From: Gemmatimonadaceae bacterium
GTDB lineage: Bacteria; Gemmatimonadota; Gemmatimonadetes; Gemmatimonadales; Gemmatimonadaceae
Length of the DNA: 64,000 nucleotides
Direction: 5' to 3'
NCBI GenBank assembly: GCA_044224875.1
Contig: JBGAJQ010000003.1
Location: forward strand, 111,534-175,533
The translations under genes were made by a program, and so were the position numbers. This document shows positions 19,442 to 29,038 of this stretch, piece after piece. The notes below the pieces were generated by a model. It searched no databases, was not told the origin of the DNA, and saw nothing but the letters and a program-made list of their open reading frames with translations. Position 1 is the first letter of the stretch. Every line of letters starts with the position of its first letter.

Positions 19442-20668
19442 TTACGTGATCTTCTTTGGTTCAATGTTGGGAAGGAAGGCGGTGAGCAATCCGATCGCCG
19501 GGAGAAACGAACAAATCCGGTAGACGACATCTATGCTCGTGGCGTCGGCCAGCCGACCGAGCAGGGCGGCCCCCAGTCCTGCGGCACCGAAGGCGAATCC
19601 GAAGAAGACACCGGACACCGCTCCCACGCGCCCGGGGACCAGCTCCTGGGCGAACACGACGATGGCGGAGAAAGCCGAGGCGAGGATCAGCCCGATGATG
19701 ACCGTGAGGATCTCGGTCCACAGAAGGTTCACGTGCGGCAGCATCAGGGTGAAAGGCAGCACGCCGAGTATAGACACCCAGATGACGTACTTTCGTCCGA
19801 TGCGATCGCCCACCGGTCCGCCGATGAACGTCCCCAACGCCACCGCCCCGAGCAGGAGGAAGAGGTGGAGCTGCGCACTCTCGACGGACACGGAGAACCG
19901 GTGGATCAGGTAGAATGTGTAGAAGCTCGTTAGGCTTGCCAGGTAGATGTTCTTGGAAAAGACCAGCGCGACGAGGATCAGCAACGCGCGCCTGACGGTG
20001 CTGCTGGCAACCGGTGGGGCGGTGCGCGGTGCCCGCCGCGCCGCCTGCTCTGCCAAGTGATCCTTGTACCAGTGTCCGACTCGGGTGAGGATGACGATCG
20101 CCACCACCGCCAGGAGGGCAAACCAGGCAATACTGTGCTGCCCATAGGGGACGACAATGAAGGCGGCGAGCAGGGGGCCGGTGGAGGCCCCGGCGTTGCC
20201 CCCGACCTGAAAGAGGGACTGCGCGAACCCATGACGGCCGCCCGACGCCAGCCGGGCCACTCGCGACGATTCCGGGTGAAAGACCGACGACCCAACACCG
20301 ACCAGCGCGACCGCAACGAGGACCATGGCGTACGAAGGGGCGCCGGCCAGCAGCAGGAGGCCGATCAGGGTGAACGCCATCCCGAGCGCGAGCGAGTACG
20401 GCTTGGGACTCCGATCGGTGAAGATGCCTACCGCCGGTTGCAACAGTGAGGCGGTGGCGGTGTTGGCGAATGTGATCAGGCCAACCTGGCCGAAGTCCAG
20501 GGCATATGAGGCCTTGAGCATCGGGTATACGGCCGGGAGCAACGACTGCATGAGGTCGTTGAGGCCATGGCAGATGCTGATCGAAGCCAGAATCCCGAAG
20601 GCAGTTCCCGTGGCTTGCCGGTCGGGCATCGAGTCACCGATGCCCGACGATGATGCGGATGTGGACAC
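19442..20668 (-). CDS. fsr: MFS transporter, Fsr (fosmidomycin resistance) family
   Basis: HGLNDLMQSLLPAVYP, ASLLQP, GSSVFHPESSRVARLASGGRHGFAQSLFQVGGN, GGPVGDRIGRKYVIW.SILG. Confidence 0.9.
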   Translation of the reverse strand: MSTSASSSGIGDSMPDRQATGTAFGILASISICHGLNDLMQSLLPAVYPMLKASYALDFGQVGLITFANTATASLLQPAVGIFTDRSPKPYSLALGMAFTLIGLLLLAGAPSYAMVLVAVALVGVGSSVFHPESSRVARLASGGRHGFAQSLFQVGGNAGASTGPLLAAFIVVPYGQHSIAWFALLAVVAIVILTRVGHWYKDHLAEQAARRAPRTAPPVASSTVRRALLILVALVFSKNIYLASLTSFYTFYLIHRFSVSVESAQLHLFLLLGAVALGTFIGGPVGDRIGRKYVIWVSILGVLPFTLMLPHVNLLWTEILTVIIGLILASAFSAIVVFAQELVPGRVGAVSGVFFGFAFGAAGLGAALLGRLADATSIDVVYRICSFLPAIGLLTAFLPNIEPKKIT

Positions 20669-20728
20669 AAACGTTAGGCTCCTGCCCGTGAACGGGACCG
20701 CCCTTCGGCAGGCCGATGCACCGACCGA

Positions 20729-22864
20729 CTATGGCACCGGCCTTCGATCCTGATCCATCAACTGCCGTGCAAAGTAGGTGAACTCGAGTGCCGTCGTGCG
20801 TACCTGTTGGGCGATGTTTGCCCCCGAACCGTGCCCTCCTTCGATCACCTCGAAGAAGTAGTACGGGAGGCCCATGCTCCCCATCTTCGCCGCGAACTTG
20901 CGCGCGTGTTGTGGGCCAACGCGGTCATCCTTGGTTGTCGTCCAGATCAGGGGCGTGGGATACTTCACACCACGCTTCAGGTTGTGATAGGGTGAAATGG
21001 ACGCCAGAAACCTGCGCTCGTCGGGATTCGATACGCTGCCGTACTCGCCGACCCACGATGCCCCGGCCTGGATCTGTTCGAAGCGCAGCATGTCGAGCAA
21101 CGGAACCTGGATATCCACCGCATTCCACAGTTCCGGTCGCTGGGTGAACTGTACGCCCATCAGGAGGCCGCCGTTCGATCCCCCCTGGATCCCGAGACGG
21201 CGCGGCGACGTCACCTGCTTCGCGATGAGGTCCTGCGCCACCGCGGCGAAATCGTCGTAGATCACCTGACGATGTGTCTTGAGTCCAGCCTCGTGCCACG
21301 CTGGACCGAACTCGCCGCCCCCGCGGATGTTCGCGAGTACATAGACGCCGCCCTGTTCGAGCCACAGCTTGCCTACATCAGCGTCGTAGTTAGGCGTCAT
21401 GGATGCGTTGAAGCCGCCGTACGCGTACAGAATCGTTGGGTTGGACCCGTCGCGCACCATGCCAGTCGGGTGCACGATGAAGTACGGGATGCGCGTGCCG
21501 TCCTTCGAGGTGGCTTCCATCTGTTCCACCACGTGGCGCGACGCGTCGAACTTTGCTGCCAGCGTCTTGAGTGGCGCGGCGTTACCTGCGGCAGCGTCCA
21601 CGAGCCAAATGCTGCTGGGGGTGAGGAAACCCGTGACGCTGATCAGGGCGTCGTTGCTTCGGGTATCGGTGCTCACCACGTCCGTTGAGGCGTTGTCGGG
21701 AAGTGTGAGGGTCGTGTGCGACCACGTACCTGATGCAGCGCGCGTGGCGGCCAAGACCTTGCCCTTCACGTTCTGGTAAATACCGATCAGCAGGCGATCG
21801 CGCGTGGCCGCGATGCCCGCCACGGACTCGCGTGGCCCGGGCTCAAAGATCGCGACGGGCGAGAGTTCGTTTGGGGTCGCCATCGCCACCTTCCCGTCGA
21901 ACGCGGCGACCGAACCGCCGTGAATGGTCGTCGTGCCATTCTTCCAGTCGTCCAGCAGGTGGACGATCACCTGTCCATCGATGGCTTCCACAATGGAGCT
22001 CTTGTCGGGAATCGCCAGCCGTGCGACGTCCGAGTGCCTAACGATATAGTGCTCGGCCTCGAAGGTGCTGGTGGGACGGACGATGAAACTGAAGCGACGA
22101 CCCGGGGCATCGACGACGGTCTCCGGTGACACGCCGTACCCGCCGTCCGCGGCTGAGCCGCGGAAGATCTCAACCGCGCTGGCCAACGGCTGCCCACGTG
22201 CGAGGCGCTTGGCGATGAACGGGTAACCGGACGTCGTGACATCCCCGGTGTTCCATTCGCGCGCGACGAGAATTGCATCCACGCTGGCCCACGCCACGCG
22301 CTGCTTTCCCTTCGGGAGATAGAAGCCGCCGGCGACGAAGCTGCGGGACGTCAGGTCGAACTCGCGTACGGTGTTGGCGTCTTCGCCGCCGTCCGAGAGG
22401 AAGAGCAGGCAACGGGTTTCCTCCGGTTGCACGCACGTGTACCCCTGCCAGACCCAGTTCGCCTTTTCGCTCGTGGCGAGGCTGTCGAGGTCCAGCACGG
22501 TGGTCCACTCCGGTGCGGTCGTGCGATAACTCGCTGGCGACGTGCGTCGCCAAATGCCACGCACATGGACAGAATCTCTCCAGAAGTTGTAGAGTGCACC
22601 GCCGATGTAGCTGACGTACGGGATGCGATCCTGCGCCTGGGCAATCGCCAGTGCCGCCTTGAGGTTCGCGGCATAGCGCGGATCCTTCTCCAGCACGGCG
22701 CTGGTCTTGGCGTTCTCCGCATTCACCCAGGCCATCGCGCGAGCCCCATGCATGCTCTCGAGCCAGATAAAGGGGTCCGTAGCGGTATCACCGCGCGTCA
22801 CCTGCGAGGCGGCGAGCGCGGGAATCAACAAAGAGCACAGGGCACTGAAGATGGATCGACGCAT
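20729..22864 (-). CDS. Secreted prolyl oligopeptidase (S9A)
   Basis: Signal peptide; DPFIWLE, YAYGGF, ANIRGGGEFGPAWH, GGSNGGLL, DDRVGP.HARKF, EGGHG. Confidence 0.95.
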   Translation of the reverse strand: MRRSIFSALCSLLIPALAASQVTRGDTATDPFIWLESMHGARAMAWVNAENAKTSAVLEKDPRYAANLKAALAIAQAQDRIPYVSYIGGALYNFWRDSVHVRGIWRRTSPASYRTTAPEWTTVLDLDSLATSEKANWVWQGYTCVQPEETRCLLFLSDGGEDANTVREFDLTSRSFVAGGFYLPKGKQRVAWASVDAILVAREWNTGDVTTSGYPFIAKRLARGQPLASAVEIFRGSAADGGYGVSPETVVDAPGRRFSFIVRPTSTFEAEHYIVRHSDVARLAIPDKSSIVEAIDGQVIVHLLDDWKNGTTTIHGGSVAAFDGKVAMATPNELSPVAIFEPGPRESVAGIAATRDRLLIGIYQNVKGKVLAATRAASGTWSHTTLTLPDNASTDVVSTDTRSNDALISVTGFLTPSSIWLVDAAAGNAAPLKTLAAKFDASRHVVEQMEATSKDGTRIPYFIVHPTGMVRDGSNPTILYAYGGFNASMTPNYDADVGKLWLEQGGVYVLANIRGGGEFGPAWHEAGLKTHRQVIYDDFAAVAQDLIAKQVTSPRRLGIQGGSNGGLLMGVQFTQRPELWNAVDIQVPLLDMLRFEQIQAGASWVGEYGSVSNPDERRFLASISPYHNLKRGVKYPTPLIWTTTKDDRVGPQHARKFAAKMGSMGLPYYFFEVIEGGHGSGANIAQQVRTTALEFTYFARQLMDQDRRPVP

Positions 22865-23013
22865 GGTGGTGTCCGTGTGACGAGGAGCCTACGGTAGAAC
22901 ATACGGCGCCGAGGAACCGAATGGGTGAAAGGTAGCTCGCTGGGGATCGTGCCGAACGCTTGACCCGAGGCCCGGGAGCGCCGTTCTTCTGGCACCCCCA
23001 CCGGAGCCACCAC

Positions 23014-25365
23014 GTGCGTTCGCATATCACCGTTGCCGGAGTTGCCCTTCTCGTCGCGTCGCGTGTCATGGCGCAATCGACACCGGCCGCAGCCCAAGCC
23101 TCCGCCGATGGATCGACACCGTCCCGATATTCCCGCGCCGAGTCGTTCCTCCCGTGGAACGTGCAGGCGCTGGTGTCGGGGAACCAGCTCGATCCGCATT
23201 GGCTGGAAGGCGATCGCTTCTGGTTTCGTGGTGCACGCGGACTAGGGGGCGAATTCCTGGTGGTGGATCCGGCGAAAGGAACGCGAGCCGTCGCCTTCGA
23301 TCATGTGCGCCTTGCGGCCGCGCTGTCGGTTGCAGCCGATACGGCCTACACGGCGGAGAAACTGCCATTTGCCGAATTCGACTTTCTACGCGATGGCAAG
23401 GCGATCCAGTTTCAAGCTGCCGATTCGGCGCGCTATACCTGCGACATCGTCGCGTACCGGTGTACGGGACCCGAGAAGGCGGTGGCACGATCGAAAGACG
23501 AAATCATCTCGCCGGACGGGAAGTGGGCTGCCTTCTCGCGTGACGAAAACCTCTGGGTGCGCTCGACATCGACGGGTCAGGAATCGCAGCTGTCGACCGA
23601 CGGCGAGGCGAATTGGGGATACGCCGTGGTGCCAGAAGGGTGTTGCCAGGAAATCACGAATCGGCGTGCGCATCGGAAGGTCTGGCCCGTGCTGCGCTGG
23701 TCCCCTGACTCCAAGCGCATTGCCACCCATCGTTACGACGAACGCAAGGTCGAGTCGTTGTACCTGATCGAGACGGTGGCGGCGGGGCGGCCGAAGCTCC
23801 ACACGTACCACTATGCGCTGCCAGGAGACTCGGTGATTCCCACGTGGGTGCCGTACGTGTTCGATGTGGAGACCAAACGCGCGACGAAGATCGACATCGC
23901 ACCCATACCGGGGTTCTTTACCTCCGCCGATTCGTCCTTTGACGATGTGCAATGGACTCGGGATGGCAGTGCCCTGTTCGTGACGGCGCGCAGCCGGGAC
24001 TTCCGGAAGTATGAGCTGTACCAAGCCGACCCATCGAGTGGCAAGGCGCGTGTGGTACTGGCGGATTCCGGAAAGACCTACCGTGAGCTGCATCAGTTCG
24101 GTGGAACGCCCAACTGGCGTCCATTGAAGAATGGCCGGGAACTCCTTTGGTGGTCTGAACGGGATGGGTGGGGCCACCTGTACCGGGTGGATGCGACGAA
24201 TGGGCAGGTGCTCAACCAGGTGACGAGCGGGCCATGGTTGGTGCTCGATCTACTGAGTGTCGACGAGACACTTGGTCAGGTGTACTTCACGGCGGTCGGT
24301 CGCGAAGCCGGTGTCGATCCGTACTATCGCATCTTGTACAAGGTCGGGCTCGATGGGTCGGCCCTCATGCGGCTCTCGCCGGAGAACGACGACCACCAAG
24401 TGTGGGCCACGCCATCTGGTCGGTACTTCATCGACATGTACTCGCGACGCGATGTGGCGCCGACGGCGGTGGTGCGTGGAGCTGACGGGCGTCCACTGCA
24501 GACCATCGAAAAGGGTGACATCAGCCGCTTGCTTGCCACCGGGTGGAAGCCGCCGGTGCCGTTCAGCGCCAAGGGGCGTGACGGGATCACCGACGTGTAC
24601 GGCTACCTGTATGTACCAACGCACTTCGACTCGGCGGCCAGGTATCCCGTGGTGGACTACATCTATCCTGGTCCGCAAATCGGCTCCGTGGCGACGCGCA
24701 GCTTCGTCAGCGGTGCCCCTGGAAATGGGCAGGCCTTGGCCGAACTCGGGTTCATTGTCTTCACCGTCGACGCGTTAGGCTCGCCGCTCCGTTCGAAAGC
24801 CTTCCACGACGGCTACTACGGGAACATGACCGACAACGGAATTCCCGACCACATCACGGCCATGAAGGCGTTGGCGATGCGTTACCCGCAGATGGACCTG
24901 GATCGCGTAGGGATCTTCGGACATTCTGGCGGCGGGTTTTCGGGCACCGACGCGATACTCCGGTATCCGGACTTCTACAAGGTCGCCGTCTCTGGGGCGG
25001 GAAATCATGACCAGCGCGGATATCACTTCCCCTGGGGTGAGAAGTACCACGGCCTCGTGCAGAAGACTTCAGGCGGGAGCAGCAACTACGACTCGCAAGC
25101 CAACCAGAACCTCGCCCAGAACCTGCGAGGCAAGCTGCTGTTGACGTACGGTACCCTCGACGACAACGTGCACCCGAACATGACGCTCAGCGTGATCGAC
25201 GCGTTGATCAAGGCGAACAAGAAGTTTGACGTGTTCGTGTATCCCAATCGCAACCACGGCTACGCCAGCGAGCCGTACGTCACGCGGCAAACGTGGGATT
25301 ACTTCGTCAAGAACCTGCGTAGAGAAGAACCGCCCGAGGAGTTTGTCATCCGGCCAGCGCGCTGA
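23014..25365 (+). CDS. Secreted dipeptidyl-peptidase IV family protein (S9B)
   Basis: GGAG RBS then GTG and signal peptide; WWSERDGWGHLY, YIYPGPQ, GHSGGG, DDNVHP, RNHG. Confidence 0.92.
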   Translation: MRSHITVAGVALLVASRVMAQSTPAAAQASADGSTPSRYSRAESFLPWNVQALVSGNQLDPHWLEGDRFWFRGARGLGGEFLVVDPAKGTRAVAFDHVRLAAALSVAADTAYTAEKLPFAEFDFLRDGKAIQFQAADSARYTCDIVAYRCTGPEKAVARSKDEIISPDGKWAAFSRDENLWVRSTSTGQESQLSTDGEANWGYAVVPEGCCQEITNRRAHRKVWPVLRWSPDSKRIATHRYDERKVESLYLIETVAAGRPKLHTYHYALPGDSVIPTWVPYVFDVETKRATKIDIAPIPGFFTSADSSFDDVQWTRDGSALFVTARSRDFRKYELYQADPSSGKARVVLADSGKTYRELHQFGGTPNWRPLKNGRELLWWSERDGWGHLYRVDATNGQVLNQVTSGPWLVLDLLSVDETLGQVYFTAVGREAGVDPYYRILYKVGLDGSALMRLSPENDDHQVWATPSGRYFIDMYSRRDVAPTAVVRGADGRPLQTIEKGDISRLLATGWKPPVPFSAKGRDGITDVYGYLYVPTHFDSAARYPVVDYIYPGPQIGSVATRSFVSGAPGNGQALAELGFIVFTVDALGSPLRSKAFHDGYYGNMTDNGIPDHITAMKALAMRYPQMDLDRVGIFGHSGGGFSGTDAILRYPDFYKVAVSGAGNHDQRGYHFPWGEKYHGLVQKTSGGSSNYDSQANQNLAQNLRGKLLLTYGTLDDNVHPNMTLSVIDALIKANKKFDVFVYPNRNHGYASEPYVTRQTWDYFVKNLRREEPPEEFVIRPAR

Positions 25366-25458
25366 GGGTCGGGGTGCGCAACGAGTACGAACGGCCACGT
25401 CTAGCAATGCTCTGGCCTGCACGTCAGGATCTCACCCGAATCTTGAGCGAGGACCTAC

Positions 25459-25845
25459 ATGAAACGAGTGACCGGCATCGGTGGAGTCTTCTTCAAGTCA
25501 AAGGATCCCAAGGCCCTGAGCGCCTGGTACAAGGCGCACCTCGGGATCGACATCCTGGACTGGGGAGGTGCCGCCTTTCAATGGAAGGGTGAGCACAACC
25601 CGGAGGGCGTCGGCACCACAGTCTGGAATGCATTCCCGGCGGACACCAAGTACTTCGGCCCAGGTCCTTCGCCGTTCATGATCAACTACCGGGTCGCCGA
25701 CCTGCACGCGCTGCTCGCGGCCCTTCGCGTCGAGGGCGTGCAGGTCGAGGACAAGGTGGACGAATCCGAGTACGGGAAGTTCGGCTGGGCGTTCGACCCG
25801 GATGGGAACAAGCTGGAGCTGTGGCAGCCCCCTGAAGGTTCGTAA
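25459..25845 (+). CDS. VOC family protein
   Basis: MKRVTGIGGVFFKSKDPKAL, FMINYRVADL, YGKFGW.FDPDGNKLELWQP. Confidence 0.92.
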   Translation: MKRVTGIGGVFFKSKDPKALSAWYKAHLGIDILDWGGAAFQWKGEHNPEGVGTTVWNAFPADTKYFGPGPSPFMINYRVADLHALLAALRVEGVQVEDKVDESEYGKFGWAFDPDGNKLELWQPPEGS

Positions 25846-25863
25846 GATCTGGGCGGGATGAAA

Positions 25864-25907
25864 CCGCAAATACTCTTTCGGCGTATATGCAGGAAACGTA
25901 TTTGTGG
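25864..25907. promoter_or_regulatory. 44-bp AT-rich imperfect dyad upstream of padR-like gene (candidate operator, or terminator of the VOC gene)
   Basis: CCGCAAATAC (25864-25873) and GTATTTGTGG (25898-25907) are 9/10 complementary and share a centre with the inner GCGTA|TATGC dyad. Confidence 0.5.
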
Positions 25908-25976
25908 CTTGCCGTGTCCCATGGGCGCGGCCGGTCTCGGACCGCTGCGCCCTGCCTCCTCTGATCCCGCCCCTTC

Positions 25977-26318
25977 ATGCCCGAACGCGCGCTGTCACTC
26001 CTCGAGTACCACGTCCTCCTCGCGCTCTCTCAGGGACGACTTCATGGGTACGCCATAAAGGACGCGGTCGCCGAGGACTCCAACGGCACACAGACGCCAC
26101 GCGCCGGTTCTCTGTACCGCGTGATCGGTCGTCTCCTGGTGGAAGGACTGATCGTCGAGTCTGACGTATCTCGGGAGCGCGAGCCGCATCCGGGTCATGC
26201 CCGTCGCTACTATGCCCTTACCGCCACGGGCAAGCGTGCGTTGGCCGCCGAAGCGCAGCGCCTGAAGCGAAGCGCGACGTTAGCCACCAAGCGACTGGGA
26301 ACCTTGGGAGGGCGATGA
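25977..26318 (+). CDS. PadR-family transcriptional regulator
   Basis: HVLLAL...LHGYAI, GSLYRVI.RL...GLI, RRYYALTATGK.AL.AE. Confidence 0.92.
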   Translation: MPERALSLLEYHVLLALSQGRLHGYAIKDAVAEDSNGTQTPRAGSLYRVIGRLLVEGLIVESDVSREREPHPGHARRYYALTATGKRALAAEAQRLKRSATLATKRLGTLGGR

Positions 26319-28966
26319 TGAAACGCCTCCTCCTTGCCTTCGTTCGATTCTATCCGAAGGCCTTTCGCGTTCGATTTGGTGATGAAGTCCGTGAGATGAT
26401 CGAGCGAGAGTATGATGCCGCTTGTGACGGCGGGGTCGTTGCCCGGTGCGGGTTCGTGCTGGCCACCGCGGCTGACCTCTTCACGAGCGCCATAGCTGAA
26501 CGACTCCGCCCCGTTGTCCACGTTACCCACATTCCTCGGCGAACCATGCGACTCTCCGACGCTTGGGCGAGTGACTTTCGTCATGCCATCCGTTCGCTTC
26601 GGCGCTCCCCTGGTTTCGCCGCTGTGGCGATCGGGACGTTGGGGCTCGCCATTGGGGCGAACGGCGGCATTTTCACCGTCGTGCAACGGGTGCTGCTCGA
26701 TCCCTTGCCATTTGCCGAGCCAGATCGGTTGATGCACGTGGCGGCGTCCGCGCCAGGTTCGGACTTGCCCGATGAATTCGGAGTCTCGGACGAATTCTAC
26801 GTGCAGTTCCGGGAGCAGTCGAAGCTGGCGGAGGACGTCGGGATCTTCAGCGGAGGAACGTCCACGTTGCGCGTCGGCGATCGCGTGGAGCGTGTGCCGA
26901 TGGTGTGGCCGACGTGGAACACCTTTGCGCTGCTCGGCGTGAAGCCGATCCTCGGTCGGCTTCCGACGGAAGCTGACGGGAATCGCGTTTCTCTCATCAG
27001 CTACCGGGCATGGCAGACGTGGTTTGGGGGCGACTCGGCCGTAATCGGCAAGGTCTACGACATCAGTTTCGCGCGCCGCGAAGTGATTGGTGTCCTCGGG
27101 CCCGGCGTCGCCTTTCCGTCAGACGCAACGTTGATCTTGAACTCCGATGTCATTCAAACGGACTCGATCCAACCGGGACGCCTCGGCGTGTACATGGTGG
27201 CCCGCGCCAAGCCCGGGGTGACGCCGGAGGCGTTGGCGCGCGAGTTCACGGCGCTCGCCAAGCGTCTTCCGGAGCGTTTTGGCGGTCCACCGACGTACCC
27301 GCGCTTGATCGAGCAACTCCACATGGTCGTGCGTCCGTTGGCCAAGCAGATGCTCGGCCGATTTTCCGGTGCCATCTGGGTGCTTATGGCGAGCGTGGCG
27401 ATCGTACTGCTCGTCGCCTGCTTCAACGTTGCCAACCTGACCCTCGTGCGAACGGAGTCACGGCAGCGTGAGATGGCCCTACGTCAGGCCGTCGGCGCGG
27501 GGCGCGCACAACTCATGCGGTTGCAGCTCGCGGAGAGCACCGTGATCGCCATGGCGGCGGGGCTGTTGGCCATCCTGCTGGCGCGCCTTTCACTGCCGGT
27601 GCTCATTGCCGCGGCGCCCGAGGGGGTGCCGCGCATCGGGACCGGTCAGATCAATTGGTCGACGCTCGCATTTTCCGCACTCGCCGCCATCCTGACGGCA
27701 CTGGCCTGTGGCATCGTGCCGGCGATCCGTGCCGCATCACCAAACCTCACCAGGCTGCGCGAGTCGGGTCGTGGAGCAACGCCGCGACGCCACTGGCTAC
27801 GCGATGGTCTGGTCATCGGGCAGTCGGCGTTGGCGCTGGTGCTCCTCATCGGTTCCGGGTTGCTCTTCCGCAGCTACGCCAAGCTCAATGAGGTCCGGCC
27901 GGGTTACGAAACCAAGGACATCTTCACGTTTCAATTCGCCCCCGAACAACCTCGGTTGCGTGATGGCGCCGATTGGACGGCGTTTCACCTCGGTGTGATG
28001 GATCGATTGAAGGCAATTCCGGGCGTCGAGTCGGTTGGGATCGTGGAAAACGTGCCCCTCGACGAGGGCACTCGGCTGGTGCCGTTCATCCCGGAGGGCG
28101 GAAGCTCCGACGCCCAGCGGCGCATCGACATCACGTTTGCCGGGCCAGGATACTTCGAGACGATGGGGATCAAGGTGCGTGCGGGCCGCCCCTTCACGCG
28201 CGATGATAACACGACCAACTTCGGCAACGTGGTCATCAGCTCGAGCGCGGCCGACAAGCTGTGGCCCGGACTCGATCCGCTCGGACGCCGACTGAAGGCG
28301 CCCTCCGACAGCAGCTGGAGTACCGTGGTCGGTGTGGTCGACGATGTGATCCAGAATGACCTGCGTCAGGCGCCGGCACCAACCGTGTATTACGCGTTGC
28401 GCGGACCGCTGCCCACGGACTGGCGTCTGACCTCGCCGGGTTATGTCGTGCGCACGAGTGAGTCGGAGACCATTGCGCCGGCGATCAAGGCGATCGTGAA
28501 GGAGCTGGCGCCCGAGGCACCGGTCTATCGCACCTACACGATGGACTTTCTGTCGCGGCGCTCAAAGGTTCAGCTGACCTTCACCATGTTGACGCTCGGT
28601 GTGATATCGACGCTGGCGCTCCTGCTGGGCACCGTGGGGTTGTACGGGGTGCTGTCGCACCTTGTGAGCGAACGCACCCGCGAGATCGGTGTGCGCATGG
28701 CGTTAGGCGCTGAGGCGTCTCAGGTACGGCGAATGGTGGTTGGTCAGGGTGGCCGGATCGTGGGCATTGGCGTTGGTATCGGCATCGTGGTCGCCCTCGC
28801 CGTGACACGCGGACTTTCCCGATTGTTGTACAACGTGAACCCGATGGACCTGGCGACATTCCTGGCGATGTCGGTGGTCATGATCCTGATTGGGTTGCTC
28901 GCCAGCTACCTTCCGGCGCGTCGCGCCTCCAGCGTGGACCCCATCGAGTCGTTGCGCGGCGACTGA
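26315..28966 (+). CDS. Duplicated MacB/FtsX-type permease (ADOP-like orphan permease)
   Basis: Start overlaps padR stop; DFRHAIRSLRRSPGF, LLVACFNVANL, RQREMALRQAVGAGR, GLYGVL..VSERTREIGVRMALGA, ASYLPARRASSVDPIESLR; no ATPase gene adjacent. Confidence 0.92.
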   Translation: MMKRLLLAFVRFYPKAFRVRFGDEVREMIEREYDAACDGGVVARCGFVLATAADLFTSAIAERLRPVVHVTHIPRRTMRLSDAWASDFRHAIRSLRRSPGFAAVAIGTLGLAIGANGGIFTVVQRVLLDPLPFAEPDRLMHVAASAPGSDLPDEFGVSDEFYVQFREQSKLAEDVGIFSGGTSTLRVGDRVERVPMVWPTWNTFALLGVKPILGRLPTEADGNRVSLISYRAWQTWFGGDSAVIGKVYDISFARREVIGVLGPGVAFPSDATLILNSDVIQTDSIQPGRLGVYMVARAKPGVTPEALAREFTALAKRLPERFGGPPTYPRLIEQLHMVVRPLAKQMLGRFSGAIWVLMASVAIVLLVACFNVANLTLVRTESRQREMALRQAVGAGRAQLMRLQLAESTVIAMAAGLLAILLARLSLPVLIAAAPEGVPRIGTGQINWSTLAFSALAAILTALACGIVPAIRAASPNLTRLRESGRGATPRRHWLRDGLVIGQSALALVLLIGSGLLFRSYAKLNEVRPGYETKDIFTFQFAPEQPRLRDGADWTAFHLGVMDRLKAIPGVESVGIVENVPLDEGTRLVPFIPEGGSSDAQRRIDITFAGPGYFETMGIKVRAGRPFTRDDNTTNFGNVVISSSAADKLWPGLDPLGRRLKAPSDSSWSTVVGVVDDVIQNDLRQAPAPTVYYALRGPLPTDWRLTSPGYVVRTSESETIAPAIKAIVKELAPEAPVYRTYTMDFLSRRSKVQLTFTMLTLGVISTLALLLGTVGLYGVLSHLVSERTREIGVRMALGAEASQVRRMVVGQGGRIVGIGVGIGIVVALAVTRGLSRLLYNVNPMDLATFLAMSVVMILIGLLASYLPARRASSVDPIESLRGD

Positions 28967-29016
28967 GAAGCGTCCGGGTCAGATCACCATCCGCATCGCG
29001 CACGGTGCCGGCGCGA

Positions 29017-29037
29017 CGCCCGCCGATCGAGCGGGCG
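29017..29037. terminator. Short GC hairpin between convergent genes
   Basis: CGCCCGC-N7-GCGGGCG; no U-tract. Confidence 0.3.
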
Positions 29038-29038
29038 A

